Made by a program: the position numbers and the translations under genes. A stretch of DNA of 64,000 nt from positions 21,787,161 through 21,851,160 of the forward strand of contig NC_068987.1 of assembly GCF_001194135.2 (NCBI RefSeq), in the 5' to 3' direction. Shown piece after piece: positions 38,492 to 50,010 of the stretch. This DNA comes from Octopus bimaculoides (lineage: Eukaryota). The notes below the pieces were generated by a model that was not told the origin of the DNA, did not search any database, and saw only the letters and a list, made by a program, of their open reading frames with translations. How positions within the stretch are numbered: the first letter of the stretch is position 1; each line of letters begins with the position of its first letter.

Positions 38492-38818
38492 CTGCAAGTA
38501 CATGAAAACAGAAAATTATACAATCTTGATTTTTAGACTAGGTTTACCATATTGTTGCATGCTGTTAAGAGGCAACTGAGAGATTAACAGTCAAGAGGAA
38601 CATAAGGCTACATAAAATAAACTGTTGCTATCATCATTTTGATATATGCTTCTTTATACTTGCTTGGGCCAGATGGAATTTGCTGTGGCATATTTTCCAT
38701 GGATGGATGGCCTTTCAGTTGACAAACCATACCCGTTTCCAAGCAAGGTTAATATTTCTCCATAATCAGACATGTTTTTTAAAGAAGACTGACAAGGGTA
38801 CATCTGTACCCCACCCAT

Positions 38819-38866
<48 letters not shown>

Positions 38867-38876
38867 NNNNNNNNNN

Positions 38877-38912
<36 letters not shown>

Positions 38913-39328
38913 CATTATCATCATCAACATTTAACATCTGGTTTCCATGCTGGCATGGGTTGAATAGTTGACAGGAACCAGTGAGGCCAGGGGCCACACC
39001 AAGTTCCTTAGTATGTTTTGGCTTGATTTCTATAGCTGGAGACCCTTCCTAATGCCAACCACTCCACAGAGTGTACTGTGTGCTTTATATGAGTCATAAT
39101 GGGTTTCTCTCTGTTTCTATCAACCATATCTACAAACAAGGCTTTGGCCAGCTCTGGAGCAAGGCATGGTTGTGTGGTTAGGGAGTTGGTTTTCCAACTA
39201 TGTGCTTTTGGGATCAGTCCCACTGTGAAGCTTCGGGCCAACCAATAGCTTGTGAGTGAATCTAGCTGATAAAATCTAAAAAAGAAACCCATATGTGAAT
39301 GCACAAGTGTGTATATATGACTGTGGAT

Positions 39329-39674
39329 TTGTTGTTGTTGTTGGCACTCCATCGCTTACAACGTCAAGGGTTCCAGTTGATCCGATCAACGGAACAGCCT
39401 GCTCGTGAAATTAACGTGCAAGTGGCTGAGCACTCCACAGACACATGTACACTTAACGTATTTCTCGGGGGAGATTCAGCATGATACAGAGTGTGACAAG
39501 GCTGACCCTTTGAATTACAGGTACAATAGACACAGGAAGTAAGAGTGAGAAAGTTGTGGTGAAAGAGTACAGCAGGGTTCGCCACCATCCCCTGCCGGAG
39601 CCTCGTGGAGCTTTTAGGTGTTTTCGCTCAATAAACACTCACAACGCCCGATCTGGGAATCGAAACCGCGAGTC
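39329..39674 (-). mobile_element. SINE family A (head in gap)
   Basis: Matches family A; (CAA)n tail. Confidence 0.9.
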
Positions 39675-40590
39675 NNNNNNNNNNNNNNNNNNNNNNNNNN
39701 NNNNNNNNNNNNNNNNNNNNNNNNNNNNNNNNNNNNNNNNNNNNNNNNNNNNNNNNNNNNNNNNNNNNNNNNNNNNNNNNNNNNNNNNNNNNNNNNNNNN
39801 NNNNNNNNNNNNNNNNNNNNNNNNNNNNNNNNNNNNNNNNNNNNNNNNNNNNNNNNNNNNNNNNNNNNNNNNNNNGGTAGTAGTTGAATAATATTCTTAA
39901 GGGCACAATTTACTCACATGCAGCATCTTTCAGAGCTTGTCGCTCATTCAGTTCTTAACCAAATTGAAAACTGTTAACATTTTTGAAGAAGAGTGATCCT
40001 TAGCTACATTTTTTGCATAAAAAAAATTGAGATTTGGTCCAGTAGAAAAAAAGTTTACATCAAAATTTGTAGCAACATTATAGGAGAGTAAGTAATGCCA
40101 CCAAAAAAGTTTAGATCTAAATAACTTTTTTATTTTAAAAGCAAAATATATTTATCTTAGCTTCAATGATAGAAGAAAGCATGAGGAATTTCATAGTTTT
40201 GATCCCATGCAACAAAAATTTGTACCAAAAATGTTGTGAGGTAAAATATCATGAAAAAAAATATAAGTAAGGCAAAAAAAATTGGAATTAAGTATAATTA
40301 ACTTTTTTATTTTAAAAACAAACTATATTTTAATTAAGCTTAAATGATAGAGCTCAATTCAAGGTATCAGTCTCATGCAATGACGTTTTAAAAGAAAAAA
40401 GTTATAGGTGTTTGTTTCTCAAATTTGAGGGTGATAATATAGTTGTATACTTTTTTTTATGAATATAGTTCTATACGGGGACTTTTAATATATGTCACTG
40501 GCATCAGTGAGGTAAGGAAAAAATTATCAATGACACTGCTAATTGACACATTATTAATTAGCATAATATCATAGCCTGGAAAAAACATGG

Positions 40591-41033
40591 ATTACATGGA
40601 AAAATGTGAGCAAGAAATATTCTTAAGATTATAAATCTGGAAAAGTTCAATACAAGTTATTACATCTGATAAAGTACAGAACAAGAAAATGTTTACTTAA
40701 AATATTGCAGCTAAGGATAAAATATTTTAACTGAGTTATTTTACATTTTTACAAGAAGTAACAAGTAATAACAAATACAAGTAACAAATTGTAATAAATT
40801 TTCTAGTTTTAATAAAAGTTAATATTTTCTAAATCTAAATATTTTATTTGAAATTTTATCCTGAGCCGCAATATTTTCAGTAAAACTTTTCTTGTTCTGT
40901 ACTTTACCAGATGTACTCTTCCAAGCATAATAACTTGTCCTGAACTCTTCCAAGTGTAATAACTTCTCCTGTACTTTTCCAGATTCATAATCTTAAGAAT
41001 ATCATTTCTATTGCTCGCATTTTTCCATGTAAT
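40591..41033. repeat. Long imperfect inverted repeat (foldback-like)
   Basis: Arm 40591-40723 is the reverse complement of 40853-41033; the right arm carries a duplicated 29-bp subunit. Confidence 0.85.
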
Positions 41034-41514
41034 GGATGTATGTAGAATTGTGTTGGTGTATTAACTAGTAATACAATAGCAACAAGTTTGTATAATAATA
41101 ACAAGTCTGGATAACATGAAATATATTCAAAAGGTATGTCGTATATTCTAGTAGTCACTACAATTAGTTTTATCTGTATAGTGACCACACAATACAACAA
41201 ATGCAACCAAATCTCTGAAGGGACAGAGAAAGGGGGTTTGACTTGAACTGATTTTAACCCCAGTTTGGGTCTTCCTCAGAAGCCATATGTCTTACAATAG
41301 TCAGAGACAGCAAGTCACATGTTCAACCATGCATTTATATACAATGACAACAAATGGTCTTGGCCATAGTTTTTTGGGGAAGATGGTCCAAAATTCTGAT
41401 AGCGAACAACAGAAATATTCACTGTTTGTTTTACTGGGTTTTTTTTTTTTAAAGAACAAATGCCCCCACACCCCTCAAAAAAATAATGAAGAATGTTTGA
41501 GAGTTCTTGTTTAC

Positions 41515-41644
41515 CATTTATTTCTTGACATAATTTTTGTAATTGGTGTAGTGGACACATTGTACAGATTTGGTTCAACTGGAGCTTGTTCTGTTCGTAG
41601 GCAGACTTGAATGCCGATTTCACAGACATAAGAATTTCTTCAAC
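41515..41644 (-). CDS. TBC1D1: TBC1D1/4 exon (VEEILMSVKSAFKSAYEQNKLQLNQICTMCPLHQLQKLCQEIN)
   Basis: Acceptor aacag|GTT, donor AATG|gtaaac, phase 0-1. Similar to VDEIMMTLKQAF...CEGCPLQSLHKLCERIE. Confidence 0.92.
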
Positions 41645-42248
41645 CTGTTAAAAAACAAGAAAAATACATGTCTTGCAGTTGCTTTTTACACCTTTGGTAA
41701 TGATGGTCGTTTTTAATGATGATGATTTTGATGACTAATGATTATGATTCATGGCTGGCGATGACTGATGATTGATGATGTTTAATCTCAGGTAAGTATT
41801 GATTCTGCTGATCAAAGGTATTCCAACTGTGATCATTACTAAGAAATATTACTGGTACCTAGTACATTGGCAAAAAAAAAAAAAACTGTCAGTACACCAC
41901 ATCAGATAGTTTGAGAAGCACTGCTCTAGACTACATTATCTAGTTTTTTTAATCTTTTTGTAGAGTGTGATGCAGGTTGAATGGGTACAGAGAGAGAGAG
42001 ACATCTCTCACTGGCTTTCGTGTATGGCATGTTGTGGATATGCATGATTGGCGCGCGCGCGTGTGTAGGTGGTATGATGTTATGTGCATGAAGTGCATAT
42101 GTGTGTGTGTGTATGCATGGTGTGTGTGTATGTGTGTGTGCGTATGTGTGTGTGTGTGTGTGTGTGTGTATGGGTGTGTGTACATGTATATGGTGTGGGT
42201 GTGAGTATATGTATGCATTGTCTGTGTATATATGTGTATAGTGCATGT

Positions 42249-42628
42249 GTGGCGGCACTATGGCTCAGTGGTTAGGGCAGCAGATTCACGGTCGGAGGAT
42301 CAGTTTCAATTCCTAGACTGGGCGTTGTGTTTATTGAGCGAAAACACCTAAAGCTCCACGAGGCTCCGGCAGGGGCTGGTGGCGAGCCCTGCTGTACTCT
42401 TTCACCACAACTTTCTCTCACTCTTACTTCCTGTTTCTGTTGTACTTGTATTTCAAAGGGCCAGCCTTGTCACACTGTGTCACGCTGAATCTCCCTGAGA
42501 ACTATATAAAGGGTACACGTGTCACTGGAGTGCTCAGCCACTTACATGTTAATTTCACGAGCAGGCAGTTCCGCTGATGGATCAACTGGAACCCTCACCA
42601 TTGTAACTGATGAAGTGCCACTACTACT
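42249..42628 (+). mobile_element. SINE family A inserted in a (TG)-rich low-complexity tract
   Basis: Matches family A, more diverged; TG-rich repeats on both flanks. Confidence 0.88.
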
Positions 42629-42831
42629 ATGGCACATATGTAATGTTTGCATGATATGTGTATACACATGAGTGCATGGTGTGTATAAATGTGTGTGTCT
42701 ATGTGCATATAGTGTGGATGTGTGTATGATGAGTATGTGTGCATGGTGTGAATGTATCTGTATATGTACATGGTGTGAGTGTGTACATGGTCTGTGTATA
42801 TGTGAGTATGGTGCAAGTATAATATGCGCAT

Positions 42832-42877
<46 letters not shown>

Positions 42878-43107
42878 GTGAGTATATATGCGAGTAAAGA
42901 GATGAGGAACAGTACGCATTAATTTAACATTTACAAGATTCTTCTTTCAGTTACAAGAAATCATTAAAATTGTTTAACCTCAGGTCAGATATGATCAAGC
43001 AAACATTTGATCATGGCTGTTTTTTACTACTAGTTCTAGCACACTGAGGAGCCACATAGAGGTTACTTCAACATATATCATATGTATACATATAGATGCA
43101 TATATAT

Positions 43108-43336
43108 GTCTTTATTGCCCACAAGGGGCTAAACATAGAGGGCACAAACAAGGACAGACAAAGGGATCAAGTCGATTACATTAACCCAGTGCGTAACTGG
43201 TACTTTATTTATTGACCCCGAAAGGATGAAAGGCAAAGTCGACCTCAGCGGAATTTGAACTCAAAACGTAACGGCGGACGAAATACCGCTAAGCATTTCG
43301 CCCGGCACGCTAACGATTCTGCCAGCTCGCCGCCTT
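43108..43336 (-). mobile_element. SINE family E head and core with an alternative 3' end
   Basis: CpG-rich, well-preserved head ggcggcgagctggcagaatcgttagc; 3' end differs from the other E copies. Confidence 0.8.
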
Positions 43337-43712
43337 TGCATATATATATACGTGTACATACATACATAGATGTACATACATAGATGAACACACATACACA
43401 AACACACATATATACACACAAACGTACACACGTTAATAAGTGTTCATGCTGAAGCATAAGCTCATATAGTCTATATTGTGTGCATATACATGTACGAGCG
43501 TGTGCACATGATAGTATATATTAATATATGCATGTGTGTGTATGTGTGCAAATATCTGTGCATGTATGAACATGTTTAAACATCTACACTAATATATGTG
43601 TATATATTCTTCAGTCTATGTATATGCATGAAAATGCTTTCGGTACACATGCATGTATACTTCACTATACAAACATGTATGCATGAATACCCTTCCTTTA
43701 ACATGTGCACGC

Positions 43713-43750
<38 letters not shown>

Positions 43751-44399
43751 ATATATGCCATTCAATATTTATGTGTATGTCCATATTTGTACACACATTC
43801 TTCAGTATGTGTGCATGTATGTATGAACACCTTCTTTTAGTATAGGAGTATGCATGCCTACACCCACTTCAATAGAGCTGCATAAATACATAAGAATATC
43901 GTCAGTATGTGTGTGTGTGTGTGTATGTGTGTGTATGTGTATGTGTGTGTGAATGTAAGACATTAAAAAGGAAACCAAACAGGAATTTGTTCATAGTTTC
44001 CTTCAATTTATTTCCCTGCATTCCTTGGAAAGAAGTCAAATGCAGTAAATGAGGTCAGGTAATATGAGAATCTAGAAGAGCTACATTTGATTGCCTAAGG
44101 GTCAGTCAATACACTATCAGTGAATCCTAAATCTTCAAAAATAGAAGACTCCATTCTCAACAAATTGCTGAATAAAATATGAAAAACAAGAGAGAAAAAT
44201 CTACACAAACAGCATCATATTTTATTGATGCAATACACATTTGTCAACTAAATCTGCTGCAATATTGGTTTAAAAACAATCTTCTTCCTCAATGGCTAAT
44301 ATTGTCTCTGATTCTTTCTTTGAATTCGTAGTTCCAGTGCTTGTGACCACAGACCATGTAGCTTTTGTAAAAAGGGGTTTTAAATAAGATTATAATAAT

Positions 44400-44625
44400 C
44401 CCTTCTACTATGGGAACAAGGTCTGAAATTTTGGAGGGGTAGGGTGGGGAGGCCTAGTTGATTACATTGACCTCAGTGCTTGACAGGTACTTATTTCAGT
44501 GAGCCTGAAAGGATGAAGGGCAAAGTTGACCTTGGTGGAATTTGAACTCAGAATGTAAAGCAAGAAGAAATGCTTCTAACAATTTTTGTCTTTCATGCTA
44601 ATGATTCTACCAGTTTGCCAGCTAA
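44400..44625 (-). mobile_element. SINE family E
   Basis: Family E body. Confidence 0.75.
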
Positions 44626-45210
44626 GGAAGGATTATAATAATAATGAGCTTATTATATGCAGTGCTCAAGTACACTACAACTCAACAGAAAAAGTTGAAG
44701 ACAGGAAGCAGCAAAAAAGCAATGAAAGTCAAAAGCATATGCATAGCCACCATCACCACCACCATTATCTTAATGTCCACTTTTTCCATGTTTGCATGGG
44801 TCAGACAAAATTTGATGAGACAGGCTTTCTGTGGCCAGATGCCATTTTTGTCACCAATCCTTATCTGTTTCCAAGCAAGCTAATATTTCCTCATAGCTAC
44901 TCATGTATTTTAGAGAAGAATGCAAACAATTAGATCATGATATTTTGACAAGGGCAACACATGCTCACATACATACACATCTGTCAAGCTACTTTTTTCA
45001 GTTTTCATTGGCCATATTCACTCACAAGGCTTTGGTCAGCTTGGAACTAAAACAGAAGACATTTGTCTAAAGTGTTGTACAGCTATACCTGCACCTAAAA
45101 GTAACTTATGGACTTATTTCAGGCAGATCTGTCTTTTGGAGTTGGAGCTCCAACAGGAAGATCTTCCTGTTGGCAAAATAGCAACCAATCAAATCACAAA
45201 GAAACATTAA

Positions 45211-45432
45211 CCCTTTCATTACCAACCCGGCTGAAACTGGCTCTGGCTCTGTAGTTCAAATGTCTTGTTTTTATAAGTTTTGAATTAAGATCTTCCGCCA
45301 AACCTTAGTCACAATTTATGATTCCTAACACCAGCTTAATGGTAACTAAGTTATTTTACTAAATTCTTTCTAATATTTAAAGTAACTGAAAACAACACAG
45401 AGCATTTCAAAATAAATACAGTAACGAAAGGG
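45211..45432. mobile_element. piggyBac-like MITE family 1
   Basis: TTAA at 45207-45210 and 45433-45436; TIR ccctttc(a/g)ttac; matches 4218-4437. Confidence 0.88.
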
Positions 45433-45456
45433 TTAAATATCCAAAAGGAAAAATAT

Positions 45457-45996
45457 NNNNNNNNNNNNNNNNNNNNNNNNNNNNNNNNNNNNNNNNNNNN
45501 NNNNNNNNNNNNNNNNNNNNNNNNNNNNNNNNNNNNNNNNNNNNNNNNNNNNNNNNNNNNNNNNNNNNNNNNNNNNNNNNNNNNNNNNNNNNNNNNNNNN
45601 NNNNNNNNNNNNNNNNNNNNNNNNNNNNNNNNNNNNNNNNNNNNNNNNNNNNNNNNNNNNNNNNNNNNNNNNNNNNNNNNNNNNNNNNNNNNNNNNNNNN
45701 NNNNNNNNNNNNNNNNNNNNNNNNNNNNNNNNNNNNNNNNNNNNNNNNNNNNNNNNNNNNNNNNNNNNNNNNNNNNNNNNNNNNNNNNNNNNNNNNNNNN
45801 NNNNNNNNNNNNNNNNNNNNNNNNNNNNNNNNNNNNNNNNNNNNNNNNNNNNNNNNNNNNNNNNNNNNNNNNNNNNNNNNNNNNNNNNNNNNNNNNNNNN
45901 NNNNNNNNNNNNNNNNNNNNNNNNNNNNNNNNNNNNNNNNNNNNNNNNNNNNNNNNNNNNNNNNNNNNNNNNNNNNNNNNNNNNNNNNNNNNNNNN
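45457..45996. other. Assembly gap (540 N); other gaps at 8775-8892, 11874-12360, 13698-13889, 20415-20485, 26027-26164 and 39675-39875
   Basis: Runs of N, mostly next to microsatellites or SINEs. Confidence 0.98.
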
Positions 45997-46119
45997 ACAG
46001 GGTATTTTAAAAATTTCTTTTGTGACGCCAACACTAATGGGGTCACATTGTAGCCTGCAAGATGAAAGAGCAATAACATGACTGAAAGAGTAGAAATATA
46101 AATCGTCATTTTTATGTCT

Positions 46120-46472
46120 TATTTCCATCACTTGACTGAGGCCATGCTGGGGCACTGCTTCGAAGGATTTTTAGCTGAATTAACCCCAGTACTTATTTTT
46201 TTTTAAGCCTGGCATTTATTCTGTTGTCTCTTTTGCTGAACTGCCGTTTTATAGGGACATAAACACACCAACACCAGTTGTCAAGCAGTGGTGGGGGACA
46301 AACACAAACACACACACACACACATGATGGGCTTCTTTCAGTATCTGTGAACCAAATCCACACAAAGATTTGGTTGGCCTGAGGTTATATTAGAAGACAC
46401 TTGCCCAAAATGTCAGTGGGTCACTATGTGGAACCATGTGGTTGGGAAGCAAACTTCTGACCACACAACCAT
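46120..46472 (-). mobile_element. Decayed SINE family C
   Basis: Family C similarity. Confidence 0.75.
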
Positions 46473-46502
46473 GATACATTTTTGTTTACACACGTGATGG
46501 CA

Positions 46503-46534
<32 letters not shown>

Positions 46535-46634
46535 TCTTTATTTTTAAGACAACAGAAGTTTGAGTAAGATTCAGTTGTTATCTGAGCAGGTTGAGCGATA
46601 AGTGCGTAACAGCTTCTTTGCTGGCTGATGATGA

Positions 46635-46673
<39 letters not shown>

Positions 46674-47189
46674 TAGTGGTTGTAGTGATGGTAGTATTAT
46701 GGGAGTAATGAGTGATAGTAAAAGGCAACATTGCCAAGAATTATGATGATAACGACATATATACATGTAATGGCATATTTGATAAGTGTTGACAAATAAG
46801 GCTGTGATGATAATGTTTATATTTTTCTTGATGGCAGCAATAATGATGGTGGTGGTGGTAGAGGCAATGATGAAGTGGTAGTGATTGGTGAGGATAATGG
46901 AAATGATGATAAGGAGGAAAATTAAGTTAATGAAAATTATCACTTCGATGACAATGAAGATAAGCTGATGAATATGATAATAACAATAATGATTATGATT
47001 GACAGGATGATGATTAAGATGATGATTAACTAAAATGACAACAGCATCTTTGTTTATTATATTTGGCTTCAGTTACATTTAGAATGTTTAACAACAAACT
47101 GGTTGTTTTCTCAAATTTCATCTGCTCAAACAGGAACATATAAACACTTTCTATTGGCTGTTATTTTAATATCAACTCAAGATGTATAT

Positions 47190-47222
<33 letters not shown>

Positions 47223-47601
47223 TACACACACATTTCTTTTGCAGTTTTAGTCTGAGAACTCCGGCTATGCTGGGGCACCGCCATTTGCATTGCTACATTT
47301 TCATTAACCTCCTCTGATATATGACATTTGCTGGATGAGGGAGTTTGACATTGCTGCCCTCATCTGTTTCTTGCCTTGGGGAAGGTTCATCTGGAACTCT
47401 TGACAGAAGGAAATCGATTTTTGTTTTGAAAATGTCTACATACTCACACACAGATATATATATAAATTAAACAACAGGGTAAAAAATTAGATATTAATTA
47501 ATATCAATTTAATACCAGGCAACAAGCACATTAAAAGAATCAGGGAGATTCAGAAAAAATATCTGAGATCTCAAAGGATTATTGTCTATGTATATATAAA
47601 A

Positions 47602-47695
47602 ATATATATAAAGGAGGCCACTAGGTGGACTAGACACATGACATATGATCTTCTAACACATTAGCAGTCCATCACGTGGCCTCCTTTATATATAT
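47602..47695. repeat. Short inverted repeat, 20-bp arms
   Basis: atatatataaaggaggccac / gtggcctcctttatatatat around a 54-bp spacer. Confidence 0.7.
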
Positions 47696-48055
47696 ATATA
47701 TACACGCACACACATCATCATCATCATCATTGTTGTTTAATGTCCACTTTCCATGGACGATATGACTGAGGACTGGTGAGCCAGAAGGCTGCACTAGGCT
47801 TCGATCTAATCTGGCAGGATTTCTACAGCTGGATGCCATTCCTAACGCCAACCACTCCGAGAGTATAGTGGGTGCTTTTTACGTGCCACCAGCATGGGAC
47901 CCAGTCAGGCAGCACTAGCATCATATACACACACACACACACACACGTATAATTATATGTATACATATATACACAAATATATGATTATAATTAATTTGAC
48001 AGATCGTTCTTTGATTCAAAGATATGTTTTGACCATATTGGGTTTTTTTTCAACT

Positions 48056-48096
<41 letters not shown>

Positions 48097-48383
48097 TGTG
48101 TATATATATAACCGCCGTTGTTGATGATGACAATGACAGCTATGTTAATGGCATTGGGTAGCCAGCAGTGTTGGGTGGTAGCAATATGATTGTGTGCAGA
48201 GTGATTGGTGTTAGGAAGGGCATCCAGTCGTAAAAACCAAGCCAAAACAGACACAGAAGCATGGTGCAGGCTTCTGCCAGGCCAGCTCCAGTCAAATCAT
48301 TCAACTCATGCTCATATGGAAGGAAGACGTTAAACGATGATGATGATACTGGTAACAGAATGGGTAAAGAATACAGTACTTAG

Positions 48384-48603
48384 CCCTTTAGCTTTTAAAC
48401 CAGTCATATCCAGCCAAAATAATCTGTATCTTTTATCTTCAAATCTGTTAGATCTGGCCTCTTATGCTCACCCTACAACCTTATTCTAAAAATAAACAAT
48501 CACATCACTGAAATCTCAAAGCCACAAGGTAATGCATGACTAATTCAAATCAATGTGAATAAATAAGCTTTACATTTGACAGAGAAATCTGAATACTAAA
48601 GGA
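48384..48603. mobile_element. Decayed piggyBac-like MITE family 2
   Basis: Interior similar to 14869-15079; ends ttag-cccttta...taaagga-ttaa. Confidence 0.6.
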
Positions 48604-48629
48604 TTAAGACAAAATAATAAAGAAGAAAA

Positions 48630-48779
48630 GGTGTGGCTGAGTGGTAAGAAGTTTGCTTCCCAACCACATGGTTCTGATTTCAGTCCCATTGTGTGGCACC
48701 TTGGGCACTCTTCTACTATAGCCTCAGGCCGACCAAAGCCTTGAGTGGATTTGGTAGGCGGAAACTGAAAAGAAGCCCA

Positions 48780-48818
<39 letters not shown>

Positions 48819-49020
48819 TGTCCCCACCCACCATCGCTCGACAACTGATCTTGGTGTGTTTATGTCTCTGTAACTTAGCGGTTCAGCATAAGTGACTGAT
48901 AAAATAAGCACTAGGTTTTCAAAGAATAAGTCCTGGGGTCAATTTCTCTGACAATAAAAGGTGATGCTCCAGCACGGCCACAGTTAAATGACTGAAACAA
49001 GTAAAAGAATAAAAGAATAA
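48630..49020 (+). mobile_element. SINE family C, full length
   Basis: Matches family C; tail ends 17 bp from the donor of the 660-bp exon. Confidence 0.88.
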
Positions 49021-49037
49021 CCACAAAAAGATCTTAC

Positions 49038-49697
49038 CTGAGAGACGAAAGAAATGTCTGAGAATTTCCGCTCAAGCATCACTCTCTTTTGGTCCAAATT
49101 GATGAGAGAAATCTCCTCTTTGCCTAGACGGAACAACATTGTCCGGTTTACAATATCTGTGACAAGGTTCTGCGGTAAACTGTCCTCCTGGTTACCTTCT
49201 TTTTCCACAAACGACGGATAAGCGTAACTCTTGTGCGAGTTACTTTTCGTCTCATTTGACGATTCTTCGATGTTCTCGAAAGAGCTGCATGGTGAGTCGA
49301 TGGCAGCACGGAACTCGTTGCTGCTGCTTCCGTTCAACTTCACACCATGAAGCTGCTGCTGTTGCTGCTCCAGTTCGTTCTCAGTGACTGTCACAGTATT
49401 GTCAAGTGACGCAGGAAGACTTCGTACACTGGCATCGCTGGCATGTCTCTGTCGGCTGTCGGCGTTGATGGGGGTGCCGTCATCATCTACAGGGCACAGC
49501 CTGTGCATAAGTCTGTCTATGTCACTCGAGGTCAGCTTGCAGCTGTCCACTTGCACCTTGCCAAGGTACAAGACCTCGCAGAACGCCTTTGCTGGTTCTG
49601 AGGAGTCACTGACATCATGGAAAAACAGGTTGCTGTCATTGACATCATCTCGGTGCTCCTTTGTAGCTTTGCGTATTGAAGCAAAGAGTTCAGGAAT
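49038..49697 (-). CDS. TBC1D1: TBC1D1/4 exon, 220 aa, N-terminal part of PTB domain 2 with insert (IPELFASIRK...ERKFSDISFVSQ)
   Basis: Acceptor tttcag|ATT, donor CAG|gtaaga, phase 0-0. Similar to human VPEIISSIRQ...FEVL.CG.V...NRTMLF...ISSCSQ. Confidence 0.95.
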
Positions 49698-49709
49698 CTG
49701 AAAGATGGA

Positions 49710-49710
49710 G

Positions 49711-49752
<42 letters not shown>

Positions 49753-49754
49753 CA

Positions 49755-49799
<45 letters not shown>

Positions 49800-50010
49800 G
49801 TAACAACAACAAGAAATAATATAATGAACAACAACAACAACAACAACAACAAATAGTATAATAAATAACAACAATAAAATAATCCTTTCCACTATAGGCA
49901 CAAAGCCTGAAATTTTTTAGGGGTGCAGGCTAGTTGATTACATTGACCCTAATGCTCGACTGGTACTTATTTCATCAGCCTCAAAAGGGTGGCAAAACAG
50001 ACCTTGACGA
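49710..50010 (-). mobile_element. SINE family E 3' part with an expanded (ATT)n tail of about 170 bp
   Basis: (AAT/AAC)n at 49710-49880 followed by the family E body. Confidence 0.8.

Larger units (their letters stand above)
18664..49697 (-). other. TBC1D1: Partial multi-exon gene: TBC1 domain family member 1/4 (AS160/Pollux) Rab-GAP orthologue; both ends extend beyond the identified exons
   Basis: Nine exons with GT-AG sites and consistent phases (1774 nt, about 591 aa). Peptides recall TBC1D1/4 landmarks in the correct order: IPELFASIRKA, EVLYLGKV, NRTMLFRLG, CPLHQLQKLC, KQKEHNH, KAKKSLTNSFES, RRGSWRHAIFNRV, WRKAIQETLLLIRMNKENQNL. Confidence 0.93.

Noticed and set aside
41926-43840. Multiple His/Thr- and Cys/Val-rich ORFs
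   Set aside because: Translations of (CA)n/(TG)n low-complexity DNA.
45997-46055. Acceptor-like tcttgcag on - next to the 540-N gap
   Set aside because: The phase-0 frame stops after three codons and no frame gives the GIxxxDHFGF motif.
49698-49901. Poly-Tyr/Ile N-terminal extension of the 305-aa ORF 48984-49901
   Set aside because: It is the (ATT)n tail of a SINE read in frame. A canonical acceptor at 49697 matches the conserved exon start.
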